Source of the DNA: Planctomycetota bacterium | GTDB lineage: Bacteria > Planctomycetota > Phycisphaerae > Phycisphaerales > SM1A02 | DNA: 64,000 nucleotides | Assembly (NCBI GenBank): GCA_022563315.1 | Contig: JADFNO010000001.1 | Span: forward strand, 2,503 to 66,502 | Reading direction: 5' to 3' | In this document: one piece after another, positions 10,116-22,526 of the stretch | Layout: each line of letters starts with the position of its first letter | How positions within the stretch are numbered: the stretch's first letter is position 1 | The notes under the pieces: model-generated | The model's input: only the letters and a program-made list of their open reading frames with translations | Database searches by the model: none | What the model was told of the DNA's origin: nothing | Made by a program: the position numbers and the translations under genes

Positions 10116-10682
10116 CTATTTCGAGTCCGGCACGGCTATCGGAGCCGCATACCACACAAGATCGAACTGAAACTGCGCCGGCGAGCTCGGATTATCGGAC
10201 AGCTCAAACGCTGTGACGCGCACGTCGTGAAGGCGCTCGTGGAGCTCGTGAAGAAACGCAGCGCAATCGGAGTAATTGCCCGTCCCAGAAACGTTGATAG
10301 GGATCGTCTGAAACTGCTCACCGGATTCTGCATCCCTTGACCGCGACTCGTCAATAACCAGATTCTGTGCCACCGCCACATTGATAATCTGCGCCATGCG
10401 CGCGTTCAGAAGCTTCACCGGCTCCAAGTGCACCCAACTCGTCTCCCGCGCCTGTTGGACGAGTCCGACCTCTCGCTTGAGCTGTTTACATACGTCCTCG
10501 ATTTGCGCTGCGAGCGTGCGTTGGTCCGCAAGTTCAGATTGGGCCGCATCGCGAGCGATGGCTGCGTGAGAGATCGGCCGGACTACGATAAAGAAGGCGG
10601 CAAGAGAGAACAGTCCGAAGAGTCCTACTCCCATGATCTCCACATGCCAGCGCTGGGGTCTGAATGGGGATCGCGTAGTCAT
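10116..10682 (-). CDS. pilO: PilO-like pilus assembly protein
   Basis: 188 aa with an N-terminal TM, a coiled coil and a C-terminal globular part. It lies directly after the PilN-like gene with a 4-nt overlap. Confidence 0.6.
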   Translation of the reverse strand: MTTRSPFRPQRWHVEIMGVGLFGLFSLAAFFIVVRPISHAAIARDAAQSELADQRTLAAQIEDVCKQLKREVGLVQQARETSWVHLEPVKLLNARMAQIINVAVAQNLVIDESRSRDAESGEQFQTIPINVSGTGNYSDCAAFLHELHERLHDVRVTAFELSDNPSSPAQFQFDLVWYAAPIAVPDSK

Positions 10683-11299
10683 GGTTGCAATCCCTCCTCG
10701 GTCTCAAGTAGACATTCAACGTGAAACGCGATGGCGTCGCCATCCAAGAACGGTTCACGCCTGGTGTCGAGCAGCTTGACTTGGCGAAACAGCGATGTCT
10801 CTTCAAGCCGCAATACGAACTCGGATACGGCCTGTTGCGACAGCCCGAGCCCGCCGAGCTGAAGCTGGATGGTCGTCGATTCCCGCGCGACTCCCGTCGC
10901 CGGCCCGCGCATACCGGGCGACTTATGGAGTGTCGTGAGCTTGCAGTTGCGCAGAATGATTCGATCACCGAGGGTTGTTGACAACAGCGCAAGTAAGGCG
11001 CTCCAGTCCGGCTGCTTTCCTATGGTCAGCGATGTTGTCAGCTCGGCGCGCGATCGGATAAGTTCGCCTCGCAACGCGGCAAGTTCCGACTCGGACTCCG
11101 CAACAAGGCCGTTGACCTGACGAAGTTCGTCGCGTAGGCCCGTATCATCGTTCAGCGCCGTCGCCCCGACAAGCACCAACACCCCAAGCCAACCGAGACC
11201 ATAGACAGCGCATGTCATGAACCAAAAGCGGATGCGAGCGCTGCGGACTTGCGCTTCGCGGCGGGCTGAGGGTACAAGATTTACGCTGATTACTGACAT
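10679..11299 (-). CDS. pilN: PilN-like pilus assembly protein
   Basis: The N-terminal 'VNLVPSARRE' (INLLP-type PilM-binding motif) is followed by a TM helix and a coiled coil. Confidence 0.7.
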   Translation of the reverse strand: MSVISVNLVPSARREAQVRSARIRFWFMTCAVYGLGWLGVLVLVGATALNDDTGLRDELRQVNGLVAESESELAALRGELIRSRAELTTSLTIGKQPDWSALLALLSTTLGDRIILRNCKLTTLHKSPGMRGPATGVARESTTIQLQLGGLGLSQQAVSEFVLRLEETSLFRQVKLLDTRREPFLDGDAIAFHVECLLETEEGLQP

Positions 11300-12351
11300 T
11301 ATCCATCCGGATGGCTGGCAAGGCCTACCGCGGCCGTCAGCAGGGGTGAGGCGCCATGCTTAGAAATGGCAGCCGTGACGTCGGCGATGTCTGTCGGTGC
11401 GACCGAGCGCCCTTCTATGCCAAGGTCTGCGGCGATCCGTGACACGAGGCCGGCGAGACCGGCTCCCTCGCCCGTCACAAAGATGCGCTCAACACGTCCC
11501 TGCGCATATTCCTGCGTTGCGAAAGTAATGGAGGCCTTCAATTCGGTGACAAGCCGGTCGACGTATCTCACGATCTGGTTGTGGACAGCGCTGGCCAGAT
11601 CTGATCGTGCATCCCCATTCGCACCAACTGTTTCACACCCGACCTCCGCGATGAGGCGGTCCGTGATCTGGGCATCGATGTCGTACGTGGTTTGCAATGA
11701 CGCATGCAATTGGCTTAGGCTTGAATCGACCAGGGTGCGCTCGAAGACAACTACCCCTCCACGGACCAAGGCGAGTTCTGCAAAACCCCATCCGACGTTC
11801 AGCAGAGCGGCCAGACCGTCCGACTCCGCAGAAAGCCGGCCGCACGCGCGCGCCAGCGCGCAGAGCCGAACATCAATCGCTCGCACCGTCAATCCAGCGC
11901 CTTCGAAGATATCGATCGCTGCATTCGCCAGCTCCGAGCGGCACGCCACGGCCATCACATGCTCGACCGCCGTTGCGCTACTATGTCCCCGCACGTCCCA
12001 CGAGGCTATCTCGAGGGCTTGGGGATCACAGTGATGTGCCTTGGCGAGCTGGTTTCTGGCCGCTTGTGATCGCTCGGCCTGGGCGCCGTTTGATGAAACC
12101 TTGAGGATGCTGGTCATCACGGCTTCAGTGGGTAGGGCAAATACGACATCGCGGCCGCGAAATCCCTGCCGGTACAGAATATCGGTGACGCGACAGAGCT
12201 CGTCTTCGTCCAGGGGAATCGTGCTGTCGGCGCGAGGAATGGATATTGCAGCCTCGACGCGCAGATGATTCCGCGACTGCGTCAGTTGCACTGCGTTGAC
12301 GTTCCGACCGTCGGCGTCAATGCCGATTGATGATCGCCGTGTCCTGAACAC
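11299..12351 (-). CDS. pilM: PilM-like actin-fold pilus assembly ATPase
   Basis: 350 aa with an 'IGIDADGRNVNAVQL' N-terminal phosphate-1-like motif and an actin/FtsA-like layout. It precedes the pilN/pilO-like genes. Confidence 0.85.
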   Translation of the reverse strand: MFRTRRSSIGIDADGRNVNAVQLTQSRNHLRVEAAISIPRADSTIPLDEDELCRVTDILYRQGFRGRDVVFALPTEAVMTSILKVSSNGAQAERSQAARNQLAKAHHCDPQALEIASWDVRGHSSATAVEHVMAVACRSELANAAIDIFEGAGLTVRAIDVRLCALARACGRLSAESDGLAALLNVGWGFAELALVRGGVVVFERTLVDSSLSQLHASLQTTYDIDAQITDRLIAEVGCETVGANGDARSDLASAVHNQIVRYVDRLVTELKASITFATQEYAQGRVERIFVTGEGAGLAGLVSRIAADLGIEGRSVAPTDIADVTAAISKHGASPLLTAAVGLASHPDG

Positions 12352-12355
12352 CCCT

Positions 12356-13582
12356 TTACGCTCCTCCTTGAGTAAGTGACGTCAGGTCAAACAACGGCAC
12401 GAACATACTCAGAGCAAGGAAGGCGACGACGACGCCAAGGATAATGAGAATGATCGGCTCGACGATGCTGGCGAGCGTGCGAACGACGACCTCGTTCTCC
12501 TCGTCCATGAACTCGGCCATATCCGTCAACACGACGGCGAGCTGGCCGCTCTCTTCGCCGTGGCGGATCGCCTCCGTCATGGACGGATTGATCAGATAGG
12601 TCCCTTCAAACGACGCACTAAGCGGGCTACCGTTCGCTACGCCTTCCTCAGCGCATCGCATGAGATCGGCATACCGGGTGTTGACGGTCGCTCGGCGGGT
12701 CAGCCGCAGCGCTTCGAGTAGTTGCACCTGGCTACTCAGGAGTACGCCGAGGAGCGTCGCGATCCGAGCGGTAATCAAGCTGCGGACAAAGTGGCCGAGG
12801 TAGGGAAGCCGGACCAGCCAGGTGTCTACAGTGCGCCGCCCGACCGGTGTGGACAGCCCATACTTGCCCGCAGCGGCCGTGATCGCCGCCAGAATCAGCA
12901 ACATCCACCATTTCGATCGGAGCACACCGCTGATCGTCAGGAGCATCTGCGTCGTCGGCGGGAGTGGGGCGTCCAGCGTCTCGAAGAGCCCCGCGAAGCG
13001 GGGAAGTACAAAAACGATCATCACCGTCACTACGACGACTCCAACCGTCGCCAAAAGACACGGGTAGATCAGTGCCCCCGCGATCGACCGGCGAATCCGC
13101 AATTGCTGGCGCGAAAGATCTGCCAAACGATTGAGCATTGAGTCAAGCTTTCCCGCAGCCTCGCCGGCCGCCATGAGGCTCTGGCAAACCGTATCGAAGC
13201 ACAAGGGGTGTTGCTTCATCGCCTCCGACAGCGAGCTGCCGCCCTCGATCTGCCGGCACAGATCGTTGAGCACGTCGCGCCAAGGCCCCGGTGCGACTTG
13301 ACGTCGGATTGCATCCAGCGACTGTGCCAGCGGTGTTCCCGTACGAACCAACACCGCCAATTGGCGAGAGAACATGGTGAGATTCTTCAGGCGGCGGCCG
13401 CGCCCACGGGGCGGGGTTATGCGTGATCCTGATGCACGAAAGCTTCTCGCCCCATCGGATCGCTCCGTCACATGTGAACCGGGAGCATCCAACGATCCGC
13501 TCGACTCGACCGTTGTCGTGTCGTCGGACGAACGACCGACCGAGCTTGCAGACTGATCTCCAGATCGCAACGCCAGTTTCAT
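12356..13582 (-). CDS. GspF/PilC-family inner-membrane platform protein (cluster 1)
   Basis: Two T2SSF-type repeats ('FSRQLAVLVRTGTPLAQSLDAI', 'LVRSLITARIATLLGVLLSSQVQLLEALRL') and three TM segments. The N-terminal ~65 aa are low complexity. Confidence 0.9.
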   Translation of the reverse strand: MKLALRSGDQSASSVGRSSDDTTTVESSGSLDAPGSHVTERSDGARSFRASGSRITPPRGRGRRLKNLTMFSRQLAVLVRTGTPLAQSLDAIRRQVAPGPWRDVLNDLCRQIEGGSSLSEAMKQHPLCFDTVCQSLMAAGEAAGKLDSMLNRLADLSRQQLRIRRSIAGALIYPCLLATVGVVVVTVMIVFVLPRFAGLFETLDAPLPPTTQMLLTISGVLRSKWWMLLILAAITAAAGKYGLSTPVGRRTVDTWLVRLPYLGHFVRSLITARIATLLGVLLSSQVQLLEALRLTRRATVNTRYADLMRCAEEGVANGSPLSASFEGTYLINPSMTEAIRHGEESGQLAVVLTDMAEFMDEENEVVVRTLASIVEPIILIILGVVVAFLALSMFVPLFDLTSLTQGGA

Positions 13583-15363
13583 GCTGCCCCCCTCGTCTGC
13601 TCCCCAAGACCGGGATCAGCAGGAGCGACCCCCGCGACCGGGTCTAATGCAAAATCATCGTCGATGTGAGTTGCTCTGAGAACTTCCTCCAGGCTGCTCT
13701 TTCCTCGGATAGCGAGGCCGACGCCTTCCTCGCGCAATGTTGTGACGCCTTGCTCGGTGAGCTTCGCTCGCAGTTCATGGGTCGGAGCGGCTCGATGGAT
13801 CAGCTGTCGTACCGGCCCGGTGATTCGCATGACCTCATAGATACCCACCCGGCCCTGGAACCCGCTGTTGTAGCACTGTTGGCAGCCGACACCCTTGGTG
13901 AAGGCCAGCCCGGTCTTGTCGATAGCGCCGGCATCCTGGAGCACCTGCTCGGTGGGGTAATATTTCGTGGCGCATCCTTCGCAGTTCGTACGAATGAGGC
14001 GCTGAGCCACGACACCATTGAGCGCGCTCGACAGAAGATACGGCTCGAGGCCCATGTCCAGAAGTCGTGCCACCGCACCGGGAGCATCGTTCGTGTGCAA
14101 GGTGGCAAGGACGAGGTGACCCGTCAACGCCGCCTGCACAGCGACTCGCGCTGTCTCTTCGTCGCGAATCTCGCCCACCATGATGATGTCGGGGTCCTGG
14201 CGAAGAATGCTTCTCAAGGCGCGCCCGAACGTCATACCCACAGCCTCGTGGACCTGGATTTGGTTGATGAGGTCGAGTTGATACTCCACAGGATCTTCGA
14301 CCGTGACAACATTAATCTCCGGGCTGCGAAGAAGATCGAGCGCGGAGTAGAGCGTCGTCGTCTTGCCGCTTCCAGTCGGACCCGTGACCAGACCAAGACC
14401 ATGCGGTTGTTCCAGAATCTGCTTGAAATCCGCCATCGCGGCCGGCTGTAAGCCAAGATCTTCCAGCCTGATCGTCAAGTTTTCTTTGTCGAGGATCCGG
14501 ATCACGATCTTTTCGCCCAGCAGCGTCGGCATGCTGGAGACACGCAGGTCGATCTCGCGTCCAGCGGCAATGATCCGGATTCGCCCCTCCTGCGGCAAGC
14601 GCTTCTCAGCAACATCCATCCCGGCCATGACCTTCACACGTGAGACGATCGGAGCGTGCATCCCCGCCGGCGGCTGCATCAGACGCTGCAGGATCCCGTC
14701 TATCCGGTAGCGAATACGCGTGCCCTTTCGCTCAGGCTCAATATGAACATCGCTGGCGCCGTCTTGAACTGCGGTGAGCAGCGCCATGTTCACGAGATTC
14801 ACGATCGGGCTGCCTTCGACCATCTGATCGAGATCGGCGGCAGCGCCTTCGTCGACCGTTTCGCGTTCAACCACCTCGACGTCCGAGTCCTTCAGTGAAG
14901 CGAGGAACGCATCGACATCGACGTTGCCTCCAGCATACTTCTTTATGAACTCGATGATGTTGGATTCAAGCGCCAGGACCGGACGGATCTTGCAGCCGGT
15001 GAGACGTCGCAACGTATCAATCGTCGGTAGAGCCTGCGGTTCGGCCATCGCCACCGTCAGCGACTCGTGAACCTTGAAGATCGGGATGACCTTGAGTCGC
15101 GTGGCCTCCTCCTCGCCGATCATCCCAAGCAGTGAAGGATCAATCAGCCCATGTCGAAGCACGCAACCGCGTACACCCAGGCATTTGCTCAGCGTCCGTA
15201 CGATCGCGCCGGGACTGATCACGCCTTCGGCAACAAGCAGCTCGCCCAGACGAAGCTCGCTGCTCTTTTGCTGGTCCAGGGCTTGCGCCAACTGGTCCTC
15301 GGTAAGAACACCTTCCTCGACCAGCGCTTCGCCGACTCGAAATTTGCCGGCCGGTTCCGTCAC
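13579..15363 (-). CDS. GspE/PilB-family secretion/pilus extension ATPase with N-terminal MshEN-type motif (cluster 1)
   Basis: Walker A 'GPTGSGKTTT', Asp/His boxes, a tetracysteine 'CEGC...CQQC', and an N-terminal tandem 'RVGEALVEEGVLTEDQLAQALDQQ' / 'RLGELLVAEGVISPGAIVRTL'. It has a GTG start overlapping the STAS stop (GTGA). Confidence 0.95.
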   Translation of the reverse strand: MTEPAGKFRVGEALVEEGVLTEDQLAQALDQQKSSELRLGELLVAEGVISPGAIVRTLSKCLGVRGCVLRHGLIDPSLLGMIGEEEATRLKVIPIFKVHESLTVAMAEPQALPTIDTLRRLTGCKIRPVLALESNIIEFIKKYAGGNVDVDAFLASLKDSDVEVVERETVDEGAAADLDQMVEGSPIVNLVNMALLTAVQDGASDVHIEPERKGTRIRYRIDGILQRLMQPPAGMHAPIVSRVKVMAGMDVAEKRLPQEGRIRIIAAGREIDLRVSSMPTLLGEKIVIRILDKENLTIRLEDLGLQPAAMADFKQILEQPHGLGLVTGPTGSGKTTTLYSALDLLRSPEINVVTVEDPVEYQLDLINQIQVHEAVGMTFGRALRSILRQDPDIIMVGEIRDEETARVAVQAALTGHLVLATLHTNDAPGAVARLLDMGLEPYLLSSALNGVVAQRLIRTNCEGCATKYYPTEQVLQDAGAIDKTGLAFTKGVGCQQCYNSGFQGRVGIYEVMRITGPVRQLIHRAAPTHELRAKLTEQGVTTLREEGVGLAIRGKSSLEEVLRATHIDDDFALDPVAGVAPADPGLGEQTRGAA

Positions 15364-15695
15364 AGAAAGCTCCTCACCGCGGAGTTCACGTCCGTGAAAT
15401 GCTCAAATTCGCAGGTCAGTTCCGTCAGTTCGAACACTTCACGAAGCACGTCGTTGACACCGGCGATCTTCAGAACTTGCCCGGTCTGGGTGAGCTGTTG
15501 CGAAACCTCGACCAGTACTTCCAATCCTCTGCTGTCTATGAACGGGACGTTGGACGCGTCGAGAACCAGCCGACCAAGACTCTTTACCCGCACCTCGAGC
15601 ATCTGGGTTTTGAGGCGCTCGGCGTCGTCCTGAGTCAACGCGCCAATGGGCCTGACGACAGCGACCGCACCGTAATTGAGTTCCTCGATCTTCAT
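15360..15695 (-). CDS. STAS-domain protein (anti-sigma-factor-antagonist fold), cluster 1
   Basis: 111 aa. 'LVLDASNVPFIDSRGLEVLV' matches the SpoIIAA/RsbV-type core, including the conserved Ser. Confidence 0.85.
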   Translation of the reverse strand: MKIEELNYGAVAVVRPIGALTQDDAERLKTQMLEVRVKSLGRLVLDASNVPFIDSRGLEVLVEVSQQLTQTGQVLKIAGVNDVLREVFELTELTCEFEHFTDVNSAVRSFL

Positions 15696-15701
15696 CCTCG
15701 T

Positions 15702-17567
15702 CTACGCCGCCTCTGCATGCACGGGCAGCCGCACGCTGAACGTGCTCCCCTTATCGAGCTGCGACTCGACGCGTATTTCGCCCCCGTGGAGTCGTATAAT
15801 CTCCCGCGCGAGCGACAGTCCCAACCCCGAACCGGTTATCTCGGCCACGCGTGGGTCGTTAGCGCGCCCGAATCTTGCGAATATGCGAACCATGTCTTCT
15901 TCGCTAATGCCGATGCCGTTGTCGACGATGTCTACGGTCACCTCGTCATTCTCGACATCGACGTTGACGGTGATGCGCCCGCCTTGAGGCGTATACTTGA
16001 TCGCGTTGTTCAGGATGTTGTGCAGCGCCAAAGTGAGCTTGTCCCGATCTCCCTTGATGACCGGGAGCTTCGGCGGCAGGTTGAACTCCAGCGCGGTGCC
16101 CTTTTCCTTGGCCTGAGCGGAACACTCCGTTTGCATTTCCTCAAACAACGCCTCCAGTCGCACATCGTCCTTTCGCAGTTCGATAGTTCCGGCCTCAATC
16201 TCCGCCACAGACAACATGTCATTGACGACGCGCTCCAGTCGTCTCGTCTCCTGATTGATCACGTTGAGACATTGAGCCCGAGTTTCCGGATCTGCATGCC
16301 CTTCCTCGATGGCGGTTTCGGCACACAGACGGATGTTTGTCAACGGCGTACGCAACTCATGTGCCACCTGCGTCACGAACGTGTTGCGAGATTCATCCGC
16401 CACGCGCTGCTGGGTTACGTCCTCGATGACGATAACGGCGGCGCTGGGATCCTCACGCCGTAGCGAACGCATTGTGAAGCGAAGGACCGCGCCGCCGCCG
16501 CTGTCGCTGTCGCTGCCGCCGTCGCCGCGCGTATCGACTTCTACGGATACACGGTTGCCCGCCGTCGCTGAAGCTACCTCGGATAGCAATTCGACCACAT
16601 GCTTGTCCGGCGCGATCTCGCGGAAGCCAGCGCCACGGATCTCATCTGGCGACGTGTCCAGGAATGCAGCCGCAGCCCCGTTGGCGTATGTGATGTCGAG
16701 ATTCCGGTCCACCACGATGAACCCATACCACATCTCTTCCAACGCGTTGCCCAGTTCGCTACCGGACTGCACCGGAGATTGCAGGATTCCCTCGACGCGC
16801 CGGCTCATGACTTGCTCTTGAAGCTGCTCCTTCTCCGTCACCAGTTTGTTCCAGGCCTCGGCCTCAGCCCGGCGCGTACCTTGGATAACCAGCGTGGCCG
16901 GTTCGGACCCACCGGCTTCGTGGGCCAGCAATGCCTCTCGTATGAGACCCATCGTGCCCAACCGGGCGCGCATACGCCGGTACACCAGCAGAAGCGATAT
17001 CAAAGCGAGAGCGCCGATGATGCCGACGCCAGTCTGAGCTTCCCAGAAGTAGGCGATGTCGTTCGTTACATTCGCGGTGAGATCGAGCTGCCCAGGGCCG
17101 CGACCGGGAACCGTCAACGGGTATATCAGGCTGAGCAATCCGTCGGGCGTTTGGGCCGACGACTCTGCGACCGCAGAGCCTGACCATGTCGCCGGCAGTT
17201 CGGTCAGTGTGATTCGGGAGGGTTCGGCGTCCGCGATGACCTGCCCATCGCCAAGAATGATCCTGCAGCGATCGAGATCGAAGGTGCGGGCTGCATCAGC
17301 CAGCAGTCGGCGCGTGACCGACAGCTCGTTCGAGGACAGGAGACTCGTTACTGTCTCGGTCAGAATCAAGCCCAACGAGTGAATCTCGTCAATGCGCGCG
17401 GCCTCCATCGCGTTTCGATGAACACGGAAGGTCCAATAGGCGGTGCCGCCCATGACCGCCAACAGGATGGCCGCCAGGACCAGACCGGTGGATGCAACAA
17501 CCGACTCACCGCGCAGCAACATGCTGCTCGGCCACCACGGCTTCTTTGGCCTCCCTGATGGCGTCAT
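15702..17567 (-). CDS. Sensor histidine kinase (TM, PAS-like, HisKA, HATPase_c), cluster 1
   Basis: H-box 'VAHELRTPLTNI', N-box 'LNNAIKYTPQGG', and G-boxes 'DNGIGI' and 'GSGLGLSLA'. I chose the ATG at 17567; the longest ORF extends to 17744. Confidence 0.9.
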   Translation of the reverse strand: MTPSGRPKKPWWPSSMLLRGESVVASTGLVLAAILLAVMGGTAYWTFRVHRNAMEAARIDEIHSLGLILTETVTSLLSSNELSVTRRLLADAARTFDLDRCRIILGDGQVIADAEPSRITLTELPATWSGSAVAESSAQTPDGLLSLIYPLTVPGRGPGQLDLTANVTNDIAYFWEAQTGVGIIGALALISLLLVYRRMRARLGTMGLIREALLAHEAGGSEPATLVIQGTRRAEAEAWNKLVTEKEQLQEQVMSRRVEGILQSPVQSGSELGNALEEMWYGFIVVDRNLDITYANGAAAAFLDTSPDEIRGAGFREIAPDKHVVELLSEVASATAGNRVSVEVDTRGDGGSDSDSGGGAVLRFTMRSLRREDPSAAVIVIEDVTQQRVADESRNTFVTQVAHELRTPLTNIRLCAETAIEEGHADPETRAQCLNVINQETRRLERVVNDMLSVAEIEAGTIELRKDDVRLEALFEEMQTECSAQAKEKGTALEFNLPPKLPVIKGDRDKLTLALHNILNNAIKYTPQGGRITVNVDVENDEVTVDIVDNGIGISEEDMVRIFARFGRANDPRVAEITGSGLGLSLAREIIRLHGGEIRVESQLDKGSTFSVRLPVHAEAA

Positions 17568-18067
17568 ACAACAACATCTCCGTCGCCGAAGAGAATCGGC
17601 TCCAGTATGAGGCTCGTATCGGCTATATAGAATCGGACCTGAACAGACGCCGAAGCCCTTCGATCCCTTGCGAATACTGATGCGTGTATGGTCCGAATAC
17701 TCGATCCCGCGGCAGAGCTTGTGCTTCTGGAAGATGGACGGCATCGGCTGATGGGGGCGTGGCTCGATGGTCGTTTGACGCTTCGCCGCAAACGGGATTC
17801 AAGCGATCGGCGGCGCCCACGTCAGGAGACAGCCCCCGAGAGCGCTGATACCGAGGCAGCCCACCCGTAGGTACTATTCTCACCGCCCGCGGAAACACAC
17901 GATGCGAGGGAGTTGGCGCGCGCAGACCAAGGCCGCCATATCCGCTGACCGGCCTTTGGCGAGGCTCAGGCCAACGGGTTGGTCACAGTGCTCCCGAGCG
18001 TGGCGAGAAGGCCATCTTGCAGGGATTCGGCAGCACGGTTGCGGTTCGCGCACGCCGATCGCGCGAA

Positions 18068-21274
<3,207 letters not shown>

Positions 21275-21540
21275 CCCACCAGCTTACCGATCGCGCCGCC
21301 GTTCCGCACACCCAAAACGGGAATATGGGAGCAGCAATGGCAAAAATGTGTCTCCTCGGGCGGCCGCAAAGCCGTGTGGTGACGGGGTTTTGAGCCATTC
21401 GGTCGGTTGGCCCGCTGCGAAACGCAGCCCCGCGATGGCGAGCAGAATCCTCGGATCTCACCACGGGCGCAGCGTTACTCGCCTGTCGAGGCCTCGATGC
21501 CTTCTTCTAAAACCCACCCTGTCGCATTCGGTGCAACAGC

Positions 21541-21564
21541 CCGCGGATATGCATCCGCGGCTAG
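21541..21564. repeat. REP-like hairpin element, copy 1 (ccgcggat-atgc-atccgcgg + ctag)
   Basis: A perfect 8-bp stem with a 4-nt loop. It is nearly identical to the element at 25787-25810 ('gcggatatNcatccgcNgctag') and lies downstream of the tmRNA. Confidence 0.7.
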
Positions 21565-21592
21565 CACGTTTTGATGCCGTCTTGTTCTCCCT

Positions 21593-21648
21593 CAATGCCT
21601 TGATGCCTCGATGCCTCGATGCCTCGATGCCTTGATGCCTTGATGCCT
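21593..21648. repeat. 8-bp tandem array (YRATGCCT x7)
   Basis: The units read caatgcct, tgatgcct, cgatgcct x3, tgatgcct x2. The array starts 15 nt past the tmRNA 3' end. Confidence 0.9.
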
Positions 21649-21662
21649 TCTTCAAGAAGAAG

Positions 21663-22011
21663 TGGAGCCGGGGGGAATCGAACCCCCGTGCCGGAACAGT
21701 CAGCAAGCCGCGTCTACACGTGTAGTCGTTATTTGATCTTGGTGAATTAGGCGACTAACGACCGCCTCCTAAAACACCATGGCATACAAGTTTCTCGCTC
21801 CGCCGAAGTATGCCAGCCCATTGGAGCCAGCCCGATGATCGTCGATCGCCAGCCGTATCGGGCGTCAAGCTGACGATCGTCACCGCAATTACGCGGCGAG
21901 TGCTAACTGAGTGTCAGCAATTATTAGTTTGCATCCTTTTTACGTGGCAAGGATGCTCCACGACGCGCAGCAACAAGCCTTCCCTGTCCGGTCGAATCCA
22001 ATTTCGGCCCC
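21663..22011 (-). ncRNA. ssrA: tmRNA (SsrA)
   Basis: On the minus strand the 5' end 'GGGGCCGAAATTGGATTCGACCGGACAGGG' and the 3' end 'CGGGGGTTCGATTCCCCCCGGCTCCA' form the tRNA-Ala-like acceptor and T-arm. An internal tag reading frame 'GCT GAC ACT CAG TTA GCA CTC GCC GCG TAA' (21889-21918) encodes ADTQLALAA-stop. CCA is not fully encoded. Confidence 0.9.
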
Positions 22012-22133
22012 AGTTGTCAAAGAAGAGGAAGAAAGGCACGAAGGCATTAGGCATTAGTGAAGAAGGCATCATATGCATGCCAGTTACATCGGTCGAGATC
22101 GAAGACCACACCAGCGAACGGCAGTGATTATCC

Positions 22134-22526
22134 ATGGTGGGGTATGATCCTGAGCTTATGAACAGGCTCGCGCAGACACCGAAGCCCCCCTACTACGCGG
22201 TCGTGTTCTCGTCACAGCGAACCGAGAACGATGCCGATGGTTATGCTGAAATGTCAGACCGTATGTTCGCGCTCGCCGCCCAGCAACCGGGCTATCTGGG
22301 TGTGGAGGCCGTGTCAGGCGAGGACAGCTTTGGGATGACGGTTTCGTATTGGGAAAGCCTTGACGCGATCCGGAACTGGCGAGCGCAAGCGGAACACAAG
22401 ATCGCACAGGCGCAAGGCCGAGCGAAGTGGTACGAGAATTACAAACGTCGGATTTGTCTGGTGGAGACGGAGTACAGTTTTGAGCGCACCGCAGGACGCA
22501 GTAGTGATAGCGGAGTTGGATCGTGA
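22134..22526 (+). CDS. Antibiotic-biosynthesis-monooxygenase (ABM)-like small protein
   Basis: 130 aa. 'YYAVVFSSQRTEN...GYLGVEAV...MTVSYWESLDAIRNWRAQAEH' fits the ABM ferredoxin-like fold family. Confidence 0.7.
   Translation: MVGYDPELMNRLAQTPKPPYYAVVFSSQRTENDADGYAEMSDRMFALAAQQPGYLGVEAVSGEDSFGMTVSYWESLDAIRNWRAQAEHKIAQAQGRAKWYENYKRRICLVETEYSFERTAGRSSDSGVGS

Noticed and set aside
21275-22133. tmRNA-associated genomic island (tmRNA 3' ends are common integration sites).
   Set aside because: There is no integrase, no duplicated tmRNA 3' fragment and no phage-like genes on either side. The neighbours are a BNR-repeat gene and small ABM/MORN genes.
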